A stretch of DNA of 64,000 bases from an uncultured bacterium (GCA_963794235.1 CAWCCP010000011.1:25490-89489), one strand, 5' to 3'; counted from the stretch's first letter, positions 17,800 through 26,647 are shown. The notes: generated by a model from the sequence alone, not told the origin. Translations and numbers: made by a program.

Positions 17800-18187
17800 G
17801 CTAGTTTTTGTAGACACAAACATATTGATGGAGCTCTTCTTTCGTCGCTCCAAATATGATTTGGCCATGACAGGATTAACGGCAATATCCGAAGTAGATA
17901 TAGTTTGCACATCAATATTATCTCTCGCTACGCTACTCTACTATGTAGAAGCCGAAAAATTTGACAAAAAAACAGCTCATAATTTTGTGAAGGGCTTTAA
18001 GGTTTTGGATATGAATGAAGCCGACTATAAGTGGGCGGAAGCTAACGACCAAGGAGATTTTGAAGATGCGCTACAAGTAGCCTGTGCTCGACGCCATGAT
18101 TGCTCATATTTATTCACTTTAGATAAAAAGCTCGGCACAATGTATGGAAAATATTTATCGGTTCACACAATTACAAAAAAGAGCTAA
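17789..18187 (+). CDS. vapC: PIN-domain toxin (VapC family)
   Basis: LVFVDTNILMELF N-terminal acidic motif, later conserved D/E residues, 132 aa. Confidence 0.75.
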   Translation: MAAKLVFVDTNILMELFFRRSKYDLAMTGLTAISEVDIVCTSILSLATLLYYVEAEKFDKKTAHNFVKGFKVLDMNEADYKWAEANDQGDFEDALQVACARRHDCSYLFTLDKKLGTMYGKYLSVHTITKKS

Positions 18188-18204
18188 CAAACATACTTTA
18201 CTAG

Positions 18205-18315
18205 CTAGGATGAATTATCTTCAAACAGTTGATAAATTTGCCGGAAATCAGACTCATTATCCTTAACACTATCCAGCTCTTCAAAAGTTTGGAATAAAAA
18301 CCATTTGCCGAGCCA
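18205..18315 (+). repeat. gene 3'-end remnant copy 2 (minus: ...WLGKWFLFQTFEELDSVKDNESDFRQIYQLFEDNSS*) plus GAGCCA core
   Basis: See 15514-15648. Here the core is followed by AGCCAGAC instead of TAAGCA. Confidence 0.85.
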
Positions 18316-18379
18316 AGCCAGACTAGAAAAACACACCTCTTTAACGAGGTATGTTTTGTTTGATCGGCAGGGCTACCGT

Positions 18380-18688
18380 TTACTTTATACTTAATCCTCT
18401 CTTGCCCTCGGCAAAATCGTGGAGTACCGCTCCAAGTAAAGTCTGATAGGGTATATTATTCTGCTTAGCCTTTGCTTTAATTTTTATAAGGTCTAGTTGA
18501 TTAATGCGCAGCGTAACAGGCTTAGATGCATGAAGCTGCTTATAGTTGTGTGCCGCTTCTTGCAACATCTTCGTGGTATCGCCAAGATCTGAAGACACCT
18601 CAAAATCACCTCTCTCAATAGCGTCCTCTATAGCCCGTTCTTCATCATCCAGCACTAGATCACTGAACGGATCTTTGGTGTTACTCAT
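18380..18688 (-). CDS. brnA: BrnA-type (CopG/RHH) antitoxin
   Basis: 102 aa with C-terminal RINQLDLIKIKAKAKQNNIPYQTLLGAVLH, typical of BrnA. It overlaps brnT by 8 nt. Confidence 0.7.
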   Translation of the reverse strand: MSNTKDPFSDLVLDDEERAIEDAIERGDFEVSSDLGDTTKMLQEAAHNYKQLHASKPVTLRINQLDLIKIKAKAKQNNIPYQTLLGAVLHDFAEGKRGLSIK

Positions 18689-18974
18689 CTCGTCGCTCCT
18701 TTCTTATATATAACTTTGTAAGCGCCCTGCTAGGATAAATCGTTTTTAAAAAGATCTCACTCAACTCTGTATTCATAACATAGGGGACGGCATAGGCATA
18801 TTCGTTGATACGGATGACATATATTCGCTGATGAGCGCGTTTTACGCTCGGATGAGCCAAGTCGGCCAGAACGTCATTCTTCTCTATTGCGTCTATGATT
18901 TCTTCAAAGCTAATATTCCGCGTGACTTTTAGCAGTTGGTTCTTCTCCTCGTTAAACCTAATGCTAAAATCCAT
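18681..18974 (-). CDS. brnT: BrnT-type ribonuclease toxin (DUF497)
   Basis: 97 aa. F..EKNQLL...RNISFEEI...RIYVIRINEYAYAVPYV matches the BrnT/DUF497 pattern. Confidence 0.7.
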   Translation of the reverse strand: MDFSIRFNEEKNQLLKVTRNISFEEIIDAIEKNDVLADLAHPSVKRAHQRIYVIRINEYAYAVPYVMNTELSEIFLKTIYPSRALTKLYIRKERRDE

Positions 18975-19050
18975 ATGTCTATATTACTTAAATGTACATC
19001 AATTGTCAATACATAACCATGCTGGCAACTTGGTAGATACATAGACGACC

Positions 19051-19167
19051 TTACAACTTGTCGAGGGTCTCATCGACAAGCAAGCGTATCTGCCGAATTT
19101 CCAAATCCTTGTCTTTAACACTATCCAGTTCTTGGAAAGTTTGGAATAAAAACCATTTGCCGAGCCA
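19051..19167 (+). repeat. gene 3'-end remnant copy 3 (minus: ...WLGKWFLFQTFQELDSVKDKDLEIRQIRLLVDETLDKL*) plus GAGCCA core
   Basis: See 15514-15648. Here the core is followed by AGCCCAAG. Confidence 0.85.
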
Positions 19168-19287
19168 AGCCCAAGCTAAGATTTACAGATGTAATGTTTT
19201 ATGTTATTGCTTGTTTTACAAGAAATTCTTTATGCTCATTGAGGTATACTAACTGCATGAATCTCAACGATAAAACAGCCGTAGTCG

Positions 19288-19599
19288 TTGGCGGAAGTCA
19301 AGGAATTGGCCGAAGCAGAGCGCATAGAGAAGCTAGCAGCTGGACAGGCTGAAATTCTTCAGACAATGGAGACTTTGGCGAGCGGTGGTTACACCTGGGT
19401 AGGTATCATGGAAGTCAGGCTAAATAGCCCTATGGATTCTGTAGAAAAAATTAAGGGTTTCTACTCTGAGAAGTATGGGGTAGATCCCGAGGATATACAT
19501 ATTGTGGAAGATGCAGCGATATATGGAGGCACAACGCCTACTACAGCTCCAGGCAATGTGACCGTATATATTCGTAGAAATATGGATTCCGACTCTTAA
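19288..19599 (+). CDS. hypothetical protein
   Basis: 103-aa ORF (TTG; alternative internal ATG). No motif recognised. Confidence 0.4.
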   Translation: MAEVKELAEAERIEKLAAGQAEILQTMETLASGGYTWVGIMEVRLNSPMDSVEKIKGFYSEKYGVDPEDIHIVEDAAIYGGTTPTTAPGNVTVYIRRNMDSDS

Positions 19600-19822
19600 G
19601 AGGATGGGCAATACTCTATTTTTTTCTGATAAACAGGGTATGCTAGAGGTGATATGTCAGATGCAAGATCAACTAAGTTAAATATTCGCGAAGACCAGCC
19701 AACTGCAATAAGCAGCAGCATACACGGAGCAAACATTAACGTTACGTCATTCAATCGGCTGGAGCCCCTGAACGCATAGAGCTACGCTCGAGAGAAGCAT
19801 AATTTTCATCCAGAGTAGCATG

Positions 19823-19855
19823 GTTGCGAAGCTCGGCCACTAGGGGGCATAAGCA
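19823..19855 (+). repeat. last cassette-boundary repeat GTTGCGAAGCTCGGCCACTAGGGGG + degenerate core (GCATAAGCA)
   Basis: The left flank matches 15973-15997. The right flank TAAGCATT matches the 15643 and 16655 type. Confidence 0.7.
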
Positions 19856-19862
19856 TTACGAA

Positions 19863-19886
19863 AGAGGCTTCACTGCCTCTTTTTTA
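19863..19886 (+). terminator. rho-independent terminator
   Basis: AGAGGC-TTCACT-GCCTCT followed by TTTTTT. Confidence 0.65.
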
Positions 19887-19912
19887 TTTCAGAACATTTA
19901 GATCTGATTATT

Positions 19913-20393
19913 TTACTGCGACAAGCCGTCGAAAAGTTTTACAAGCAAAGCCATCAACTGAGTGTGCTCATCGCTACTTAATACTTGATTACCTTTTTCA
20001 ATTACATCGGCCAAAACAGCATCAGCGTTTTTAAGCATGCCCACTCCTTGATTAGTAATTGATGCATCCAAGGATTTGTTATTGCCTTTCACGGCACTTC
20101 GTTTAATAAGGTTACGATCCGCCATGCTTATAAGTAGGGTATGCATAGTTTGTGGTGTCACAAATGATTCCTTCGCTAATTTTGCGCCCGTTATAGGCCC
20201 ATGATCTTCAAGAACTTTTAATACGGAATACTGCGGTAACGTCAGAGATATAGTAAGCAGTAATGCCAGCAACATTTTTGCGGCAAGTATATTGTTGTTT
20301 ACTGTACTCTAGACCCAAATAGTTTTTACTACTCACTACATTGCAGATCGCCTTCAGAAAACCAAACTCCAAATTAGCACTATTCCTCGCCAT
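19913..20393 (-). CDS. MarR-family regulator (split by 1-nt indel in the T5/A5 run at 20275-20279)
   Basis: The track ORF 19913-20275 holds the wHTH and C-terminus. The N-terminus MARNSANLEFGFLKAICNVV... is in the adjacent frame (part of ORF 20208-20435). Removing one A joins them. Confidence 0.65.
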
Positions 20394-22068
20394 GTACATA
20401 TTTTTTCCCACGAAACCAGGATGCCGCAGCCGCAATTAAGCACGCAATTACAGCAAACGCAAAGGCTTCGTGTAGACCCGATGAGAATGGTTGGCTGATA
20501 AGACCTGGGAAAAATTCGTGGCCAGTGAGTATAGCTTTATTATGAGCTGATAGCTTATTTAATACTTGTGGTCTGATTAAGGTTTGTACGGGGTTATACC
20601 CAAGAAAAGCAGCAAATAGTACCGATACAGGTGGTAGATGGGCGACACTTGCTGCGGTTGCGGAAGGCACTCCAAACTTAGTTAAACCTGCAAAAAGTTT
20701 TGTTGATAAAGCCGACGATAAGCCAGCTATCATAAGCGTAAAGAAAATGCCGATTGAGAGTACTTGGGCCGAGTTTTGAAATGTTGAGTTCATGCCGCCA
20801 CCCGCTCCTCGATCTTCAGCCGGCAGGCTATTCATAACTCCAACACGGTTAGGTGCTGCGAAAGCACCCATTGAAAGGCCCATAAGCAATAGGATGAGAG
20901 CAAATATTACATAACTAAAATTAATTGGCAGGAAGTCCAGTAGTATAAATGTTAACGCTGAACCTATCATACCTGCAGTAGCAAATGGGCGAGAGCCAAT
21001 TCTATCCGTTAAAATACCTGAGATAGGTCCTGCAATGAGGAAACCCGCAGTTAGAGGAAGCATAAAAATTCCAGCCCATAAAGGGGTCCTCGCGAAGCTA
21101 TATCCATGTAAAGGTAGCCATATCCCTTGGAGCCATATTATTAACATGAACATGAGACCACCTCTCGCTATGGCTGAGAGAAAGCTTGAAAGTACACCAG
21201 CCGTAAAAGCCCTGATCTTAAATAGGTGTAGCTGAAACATCGGATTTTTAACAGTTTTTTCTATGAAGATAAAAGCCGCTAAGAAAACTAGCCCGGAAAT
21301 TAGTTCCGCCATAACAGCCGGGCTAGTCCAACCCATAACGTTTGATTTATAAGGCTCAATACCATAAGTTATTCCGACCATTATTAAAATCAGACCGAGT
21401 GCGAAAGTAATGTTGCCAAGCCAATCTATTTTGCCACCCGACTTAGTATCTTTACTATCATGCAGCATAAAATAGGCCCAAAGCGTGCCGGCTATACCGA
21501 ACGGGACAGACACCAGAAAGATTAAACGCCAATCGATTGGCCCAAGCAGCCCGCCCAATATCAAACCTAGAAACGTCCCGCTAATAGCAGCAACATTGTT
21601 AATACCAAGTGCCAGGCCCCTTTGGTTTGAAGGGAAGGCATCAGTTAAAATAGCGGCCGAGTTAGCGATAATAAAGGCTGCTCCTACCCCTTGAAAAACG
21701 CGCATACCAACCAAGTAGAGTGCCGCTGATGTGCCACTCATCCACGTAATAGTCAGTAGTATTGAGGATATCGTGTATATCAAAAAACCGAGATTATACA
21801 TCTTAACCCTGCCATACATGTCTCCAAGCCTACCAAAACTAACAACTAGAACACTGCTGACTATCAAAAAACTTAATATCATCCAAAGTAAATAAAAGCT
21901 GTTTCCTGGAAGTAAAGGATTTAACTTGATAGCGCGGAAAATATCAGGCAAAGCAATAAGCATAATTGAGGAATCGATAGTTGCCATGACAACCCCGAGT
22001 GTTGTATTGGCCAGGGCTACCCATTTATAGTTCTGTGATTTTCTAATGGTACTGCTTAGAATTGGCAT
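20380..22068 (-). CDS. MFS transporter, DHA2 (EmrB/QacA, 14-TMS) type
   Basis: 562 aa, highly hydrophobic, with the GRLGDMYGR motif after TM2. Confidence 0.85.
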   Translation of the reverse strand: MPILSSTIRKSQNYKWVALANTTLGVVMATIDSSIMLIALPDIFRAIKLNPLLPGNSFYLLWMILSFLIVSSVLVVSFGRLGDMYGRVKMYNLGFLIYTISSILLTITWMSGTSAALYLVGMRVFQGVGAAFIIANSAAILTDAFPSNQRGLALGINNVAAISGTFLGLILGGLLGPIDWRLIFLVSVPFGIAGTLWAYFMLHDSKDTKSGGKIDWLGNITFALGLILIMVGITYGIEPYKSNVMGWTSPAVMAELISGLVFLAAFIFIEKTVKNPMFQLHLFKIRAFTAGVLSSFLSAIARGGLMFMLIIWLQGIWLPLHGYSFARTPLWAGIFMLPLTAGFLIAGPISGILTDRIGSRPFATAGMIGSALTFILLDFLPINFSYVIFALILLLMGLSMGAFAAPNRVGVMNSLPAEDRGAGGGMNSTFQNSAQVLSIGIFFTLMIAGLSSALSTKLFAGLTKFGVPSATAASVAHLPPVSVLFAAFLGYNPVQTLIRPQVLNKLSAHNKAILTGHEFFPGLISQPFSSGLHEAFAFAVIACLIAAAASWFRGKKYVHGEE

Positions 22069-22071
22069 GTT

Positions 22072-22641
22072 TTAACTTTTCTCCTTTTCCACTTCACTTA
22101 TCCATTGTTTGCTTGTCATAACCTCCGCTTGCTTGGGGAATACTTTTTCTAGAAGTATCGAGTGTACCTCTGCGTCGAAATCGGCACACAGATCGGATAA
22201 TACAGTCAACCTAAAATCCCTGTCAGCTGCTTCGCGAAGGGTAGATAGCACCACCCCACTTGTCGCAATACCCGTAAGCACAAGTTGCTCAATGCCGCGA
22301 GCGCGCAAAAGTACCTCCAGATCACTCCCGCTAAAGGCACTGACCCGCCGCTTAATCACCACAACATCTTCTTTTGTAGGCACGAAGGTTGGCTCAGGCA
22401 CTACTAGGCTAGCTGATGAAGTTTTTTTTATCGAGCTGAATGATTTATTACGGGAGCTAATCTCGGGGAAACCAGAGCGAAATCCCACCACAACGTATAT
22501 GACAGGTATAAGCTTTTGATGTGCCGAATCTACAATAGACTTCAACCGCGCTAGGTATGTATCCTTATCATCTAACATATCAACAATCCCTGGCTGCACA
22601 TCCATAACCAAAAGAGCTTTTTTTTCGACTTCTTGTGCCAT
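22072..22641 (-). CDS. isochorismatase-family cysteine hydrolase
   Basis: ALLVMDVQ...KRRVSAFSGSDLEVLLRARGIEQLVLTGIATSGVVLST is the family signature. Confidence 0.8.
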   Translation of the reverse strand: MAQEVEKKALLVMDVQPGIVDMLDDKDTYLARLKSIVDSAHQKLIPVIYVVVGFRSGFPEISSRNKSFSSIKKTSSASLVVPEPTFVPTKEDVVVIKRRVSAFSGSDLEVLLRARGIEQLVLTGIATSGVVLSTLREAADRDFRLTVLSDLCADFDAEVHSILLEKVFPKQAEVMTSKQWISEVEKEKS

Positions 22642-22679
22642 ATAAACCCCCTAAATTTGCATCTTAGATATAATAAAGG

Positions 22680-22958
22680 TCAATCAGCTTTTTCTATGTT
22701 GTGAAGTTTTTCCTGCAATTTTTTAGACTTTTCATTAATATGATCAGCTTTCTCACTCATATGTAGTGCGAGCTGTCTTATATTCTCTTCTTTCATTAGT
22801 AAGACTCCATTGCCATGCCTACTTGGCAGCACTATTAGTTTATCACCGGCAGATAAGCCCAATGCTTTTCTAGCCTCCTTCGGTATAACCACTTGGCCTC
22901 GTTCACCTATTGTAGTAATGCTAAAAAAATCCGGTCTATTTTCATCATAATGCTTCAT
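22680..22958 (-). CDS. AbrB/MazE/SpoVT-family DNA-binding protein
   Basis: TIGERGQVVIPKEARKALGLSAGDKLIVL is a SpoVT-AbrB fold motif. Confidence 0.75.
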   Translation of the reverse strand: MKHYDENRPDFFSITTIGERGQVVIPKEARKALGLSAGDKLIVLPSRHGNGVLLMKEENIRQLALHMSEKADHINEKSKKLQEKLHNIEKAD

Positions 22959-23253
22959 AGTTAATCCTCCATCGAATTAGTGTCCTTACTAATCATACTA
23001 TTCCTACTAATATGATGTAAACATGTGTAGGTGTTAACTAAAATCTGAGGTCATATGGGTCATAAATTAGCGCTAAACTTCAACTACAATACATATTTTA
23101 GTCATGCCTGCGATAACGTTAAGCCTAATCTACTCAACCTATAGGTAACCTAGTTAAACATGCTCATTATAGTTGTAACTGCCTCTACCATGGAGACTGA
23201 CATATACGGCACAAGCCTGTACATTCACTGAGGATGCACATAGTAACTAAAAA

Positions 23254-23412
23254 TTATTTCTCAGTTATTTGCTTTTTATCTTTTATGTAGCAAAAGTGAA
23301 TACCGTCTTTTGGTGATCGATACGAGCCGATAAAAACAACCCAGAGAACAACTGTTGCTGCTAATAACGCCAAGGCAATGATAATAAGTATCGTACTCGG
23401 CTCATTATTCAT
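23254..23412 (-). CDS. small membrane protein (52 aa), hypothetical
   Basis: Own translation: MNNEPSTILIIIALALLAATVVLWVVFIGSYRSPKDGIHFCYIKDKKQITEK*. Below the track cutoff. Confidence 0.3.
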   Translation of the reverse strand: MNNEPSTILIIIALALLAATVVLWVVFIGSYRSPKDGIHFCYIKDKKQITEK

Positions 23413-23435
23413 AGCTTAATACTAGCACCCCGTCT

Positions 23436-24296
23436 TTAGCTAAGGCCAATTACGAGTTGTTGAGCGGGAGCTTGCTCAAAAGAAACGTCTAAACCTGCTT
23501 GATACTCTACTAATAATCTACCGATTTCCCCGGCATCAGCCTCAAATCGATGTGTTGGATCGGCAGATATTTCATTGAGTGACGTTGTTTTTACGGCTTC
23601 AGCCAATGTGTTATCTGTTTCGACAAGAGATACAAGTATACGACGGGATGCGACTTCTGCCTGATTATATAGTGCTTCATGTTCAGTGCCTAGGTCGGTC
23701 ACTTCTTCTAAGTTGGTAGTCAGCTGATCAGCTTGAGCCAGCTCCTCTTCTACAAACGCATCAAACGATACACTGGGTTGAGCTGCTTCTGAGAATGGTT
23801 GCAGGACAACTTCATCTCCAAGTATCGGTGAAAACCGCGTAGGTTCGCTCTTTTCAACTTCAGCACCATTTGGAAAGGTCTCGCTGTTTGCATCGGCAGA
23901 CTCTTCCAGAGAGCCATCCCTTACCCCATCCATCCAGCTCTCAGGGATATAGTCATTATCCTGTAAGTCAGCAACGACATCGGGCGCAAATTCATCAATT
24001 GGATCTGGTCGATCATCATCGTATACTGCACGACCGATTTCATTAATTGTACGGACTAAATCGCCATCAACTATCGGATTGCCGATGTTTCCTCGACGGA
24101 TAAAAGTTTCCTCTATTTCGGAAACGACTTTCGGACCTGAAAATGCATTTGGGATACGAAACCGCTGGGCAAATGCATCAACTATCTCTCCTGAACCCAG
24201 TGTGACCACCATAGCAATCTCCGGAGTTTCTTGTGGACGCTCAGCCTCTATTGCAAGTGGATTAGTATTATATCTAGGTAATTGCTCCCTGGCCAT
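23436..24296 (-). CDS. hypothetical acidic protein
   Basis: 286-aa ORF, D/E-rich, no recognised domain. Confidence 0.5.
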   Translation of the reverse strand: MAREQLPRYNTNPLAIEAERPQETPEIAMVVTLGSGEIVDAFAQRFRIPNAFSGPKVVSEIEETFIRRGNIGNPIVDGDLVRTINEIGRAVYDDDRPDPIDEFAPDVVADLQDNDYIPESWMDGVRDGSLEESADANSETFPNGAEVEKSEPTRFSPILGDEVVLQPFSEAAQPSVSFDAFVEEELAQADQLTTNLEEVTDLGTEHEALYNQAEVASRRILVSLVETDNTLAEAVKTTSLNEISADPTHRFEADAGEIGRLLVEYQAGLDVSFEQAPAQQLVIGLS

Positions 24297-24562
24297 GATA
24301 GTTTATATTATACAATTTACTGTCAACCTATTCAAATATTATCTCTGTTAGCATAACAATAAACGCTGGCTACAATGGCTCTAACAATGCCCCGTGAATC
24401 CTGTCGAGATTAAGTTGTTAAGCTGTTTTAACAAGGCAGAACATAAGCAACTCTATTTAACACTAATGAGCCGAAGCCAGTACTCATTTAAAGTAATAAT
24501 TTAATAATACCCACCTAACTGTGAGCCGAATCACAGTATCTAATATGATCTATAGATACTAT

Positions 24563-25156
24563 ATGTACTATCAATTAATTCAGGAAAAATAACTATATAA
24601 AAAACGCAAAATCAGACAGAAAGACAATTGATAAAGTATTCGTACTGCTCGGGCTAGCAATAATGGGAGTACTGCTAGTTGTAGGTGCATTAGCATACTA
24701 TGCAGATGGCTTTGCTAAAAACACCGTTACGAGTGAGTTGAGCTCTCAAAAGATATACTTCCCATCAAAAGGGAGCTCAGCAATAGCCGCGCTACCGAAG
24801 GCCGATCAAACCGAAATGAATAAATACGCCGGGGAACAGCTGGTGAACGGTGCACAGGCAAAGGTATGGGCAGATAATTTCATAGCGTATCATTTGTCCG
24901 AGATAGCAGGCGGTGAAACATATGCCCAAGTCAGCGCTGCTTCATTAGCGAACCCAACCAATACACAGTTAAAGGAAGAAGCACAGACGTTATTCCAGGG
25001 TGAGACACTGCGTGGCTTACTCTTAGGCGATGGATACGCTTACTGGACGTTTGGCCAAATTGCTCAATACGCCGCTATCACCGCTTTTTTATTGGTGCTG
25101 TACTTATGGGGATGCTAGTATTGCTTGGATTAAGACATCTATATAGCCTTAAATGA
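24563..25156 (+). CDS. membrane protein with two TM anchors (probable indels at the A5 run 24585-24589 and the T6 run 25085-25090)
   Basis: The track ORF 24663-25118 starts inside a TM helix and ends inside another. One base fewer in the A5 run links ATG 24563 (MYYQLIQENNY...). One more T yields ...ITAFFIGAVLMGMLVLLGLRHLYSLK*. Confidence 0.45.
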
Positions 25157-25224
25157 GCTAGATAGGGTAGAGCTAAAAAGTGATTGATAGCGAAGACTTG
25201 CTTAACCAATCATAGGAGCTAACA

Positions 25225-25736
25225 ATGCTAAAACTAAAATACATGGTCTATCTGAGCGTCAACAGCGAGTATTTGATTTTATCGATGCAAACCCTACGAG
25301 AGTTTTAGCAAGTGTTGATCCTAATGGTGAACCTCATGCCACTGTCATATATCATTCAATTAGCAACAAAGATTTTAGCGTATGCTTTATAACTAAGAAG
25401 GAAACGAAGAAATACGATGACCTCATTCGTAATAACTTCGTCATGCTAGTCACCTACGAGCCACTAAGTCAAACCGTGGCACAGATTATTGGAAAAGCAA
25501 AAGAAATAACTGAAGCAAACTCTATTAATGCCGTAGCCAATACAGTTTTTAGAACAAGCATGAAAATGAGCAGGGGTGGCATCGTTCCTATTCCCAAACT
25601 AGAAGACGGCGATTACGTAGCATTCAAAATTATACCAGTTCAGATTCGTCTGGCATCTTATGAGCGACCAGATTCAGGTGAGTATTCAGACATATTTGAA
25701 TCTCTCGAGTCATTCGAATTGAAGCCAAATAGTTAA
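25225..25736 (+). CDS. pyridoxamine 5'-phosphate oxidase-family protein (indel in A4 run 25230-25233)
   Basis: ATG 25225 sits 6 nt after AGGAG. One additional A gives MLKTKIHGLSERQQRVFDFIDANPTRVLASVDPNGEPHATVIY..., continuous with track ORF 25443-25736. Confidence 0.6.
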
Positions 25737-26383
25737 TAGTCTAGGGCTGCTTCATGCTCTAAAGTAGCCAGATCTTTAATTAAAATACCCTTGGCTACAA
25801 GCTCCAAAAGTCCACTCTCCTTGAAGTGTTTCATTTCTCGACTGACTGTCTCACGAGTCATTCCCGCACGAGCGGCTAAGTCTATTTCAGTAATGTTTAG
25901 CTTGTATGTACCGTCGGCGTCCTGATGTCCAAAACGGCGGCACTCTATAAGTAATTCATAGAGCAGGCGAGACCTAGCTGATCCAGACATTAAATGAACT
26001 AATCGTCCAAGTAAGCCATCGACACCACGATAGATTCGACTCAGTAAATCGAGCATCACGTCAGGATTATCTTTTAGAAATTGAACAGCAACATCCATTG
26101 GTACAATATGTAACTCTGTAAACACTTCTGTTTTATAGAAATATGCATTCTGAGAATGATTAATCGCTTCAGACATAGGGAAGAAAGCTGGTGGCTTAAA
26201 TATATTGACAATGATCTCGTCACCACGGGAAGAGAGATCATATTTTCGTACCCGCCCTTTAGTGATATAGAAGATATATTCCGGCGTCTCATCTGCAAAT
26301 ATTAATATCTGGCCTTTTTGATACGACCTCTGAGGATATTTTGAAAATGCATTATCAATCTTTTCAGCTATTAAGTCATTCAT
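25733..26383 (-). CDS. Crp/Fnr-family transcriptional regulator
   Basis: cNMP-binding-like N-terminal domain and C-terminal HTH (RAGMTRETVSREMKHFKESGLL). Confidence 0.8.
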   Translation of the reverse strand: MNDLIAEKIDNAFSKYPQRSYQKGQILIFADETPEYIFYITKGRVRKYDLSSRGDEIIVNIFKPPAFFPMSEAINHSQNAYFYKTEVFTELHIVPMDVAVQFLKDNPDVMLDLLSRIYRGVDGLLGRLVHLMSGSARSRLLYELLIECRRFGHQDADGTYKLNITEIDLAARAGMTRETVSREMKHFKESGLLELVAKGILIKDLATLEHEAALDY

Positions 26384-26413
26384 GATTTTTTCCTATCCTT
26401 AACTATAGTCTAG

Positions 26414-26445
26414 AAACAGCACCGCCTAAAATGACGGTGCTGTTT
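26414..26445 (-). terminator. strong hairpin terminator after small ORF 26459-26647
   Basis: AAACAGCACCG-N10-CGGTGCTGTTT, with a T-run on the minus-strand side. Confidence 0.65.
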
Positions 26446-26458
26446 GCTGGCGGAAGTA

Positions 26459-26647
26459 TTACTTCCAGCCAAAGGCCTGGCTCAGAATCCAGAGCGTTAC
26501 CGCAATGGAAATGAAGAACAGACCGAGACCAACTGGGCTACCCCAGCTGAACCACGAACCCCACGAGCGCCAGTGTTTCAGGTATTCTCGTGGCTGTAGC
26601 CGTAGTCCTTTTCGTAGGTCTTGGAGACTTTTGCCTTGGTGTTGCAT
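26459..26647 (-). CDS. small Trp-rich membrane protein, hypothetical
   Basis: 62 aa with C-terminal TM helix LGLFFISIAVTLWILSQAF. Locally GC-rich, with a terminator downstream. Confidence 0.4.
   Translation of the reverse strand: MQHQGKSLQDLRKGLRLQPREYLKHWRSWGSWFSWGSPVGLGLFFISIAVTLWILSQAFGWK

Noticed and set aside
19058-19252. 64-aa + strand ORF
   Set aside because: It overlaps the third gene-end remnant on the opposite strand and crosses the boundary core. The codon-level conservation supports the minus-strand reading instead.
6634-19855. Classical integron (IntI plus attC) as the explanation for the cassette array
   Set aside because: The window has no tyrosine-recombinase gene. The boundary repeats lack the R''-L''/L'-R' imperfect palindrome. 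A GTTRRRY match occurs only once (GTTAGGC at 16641). The feature is therefore described as integron-like in layout only.
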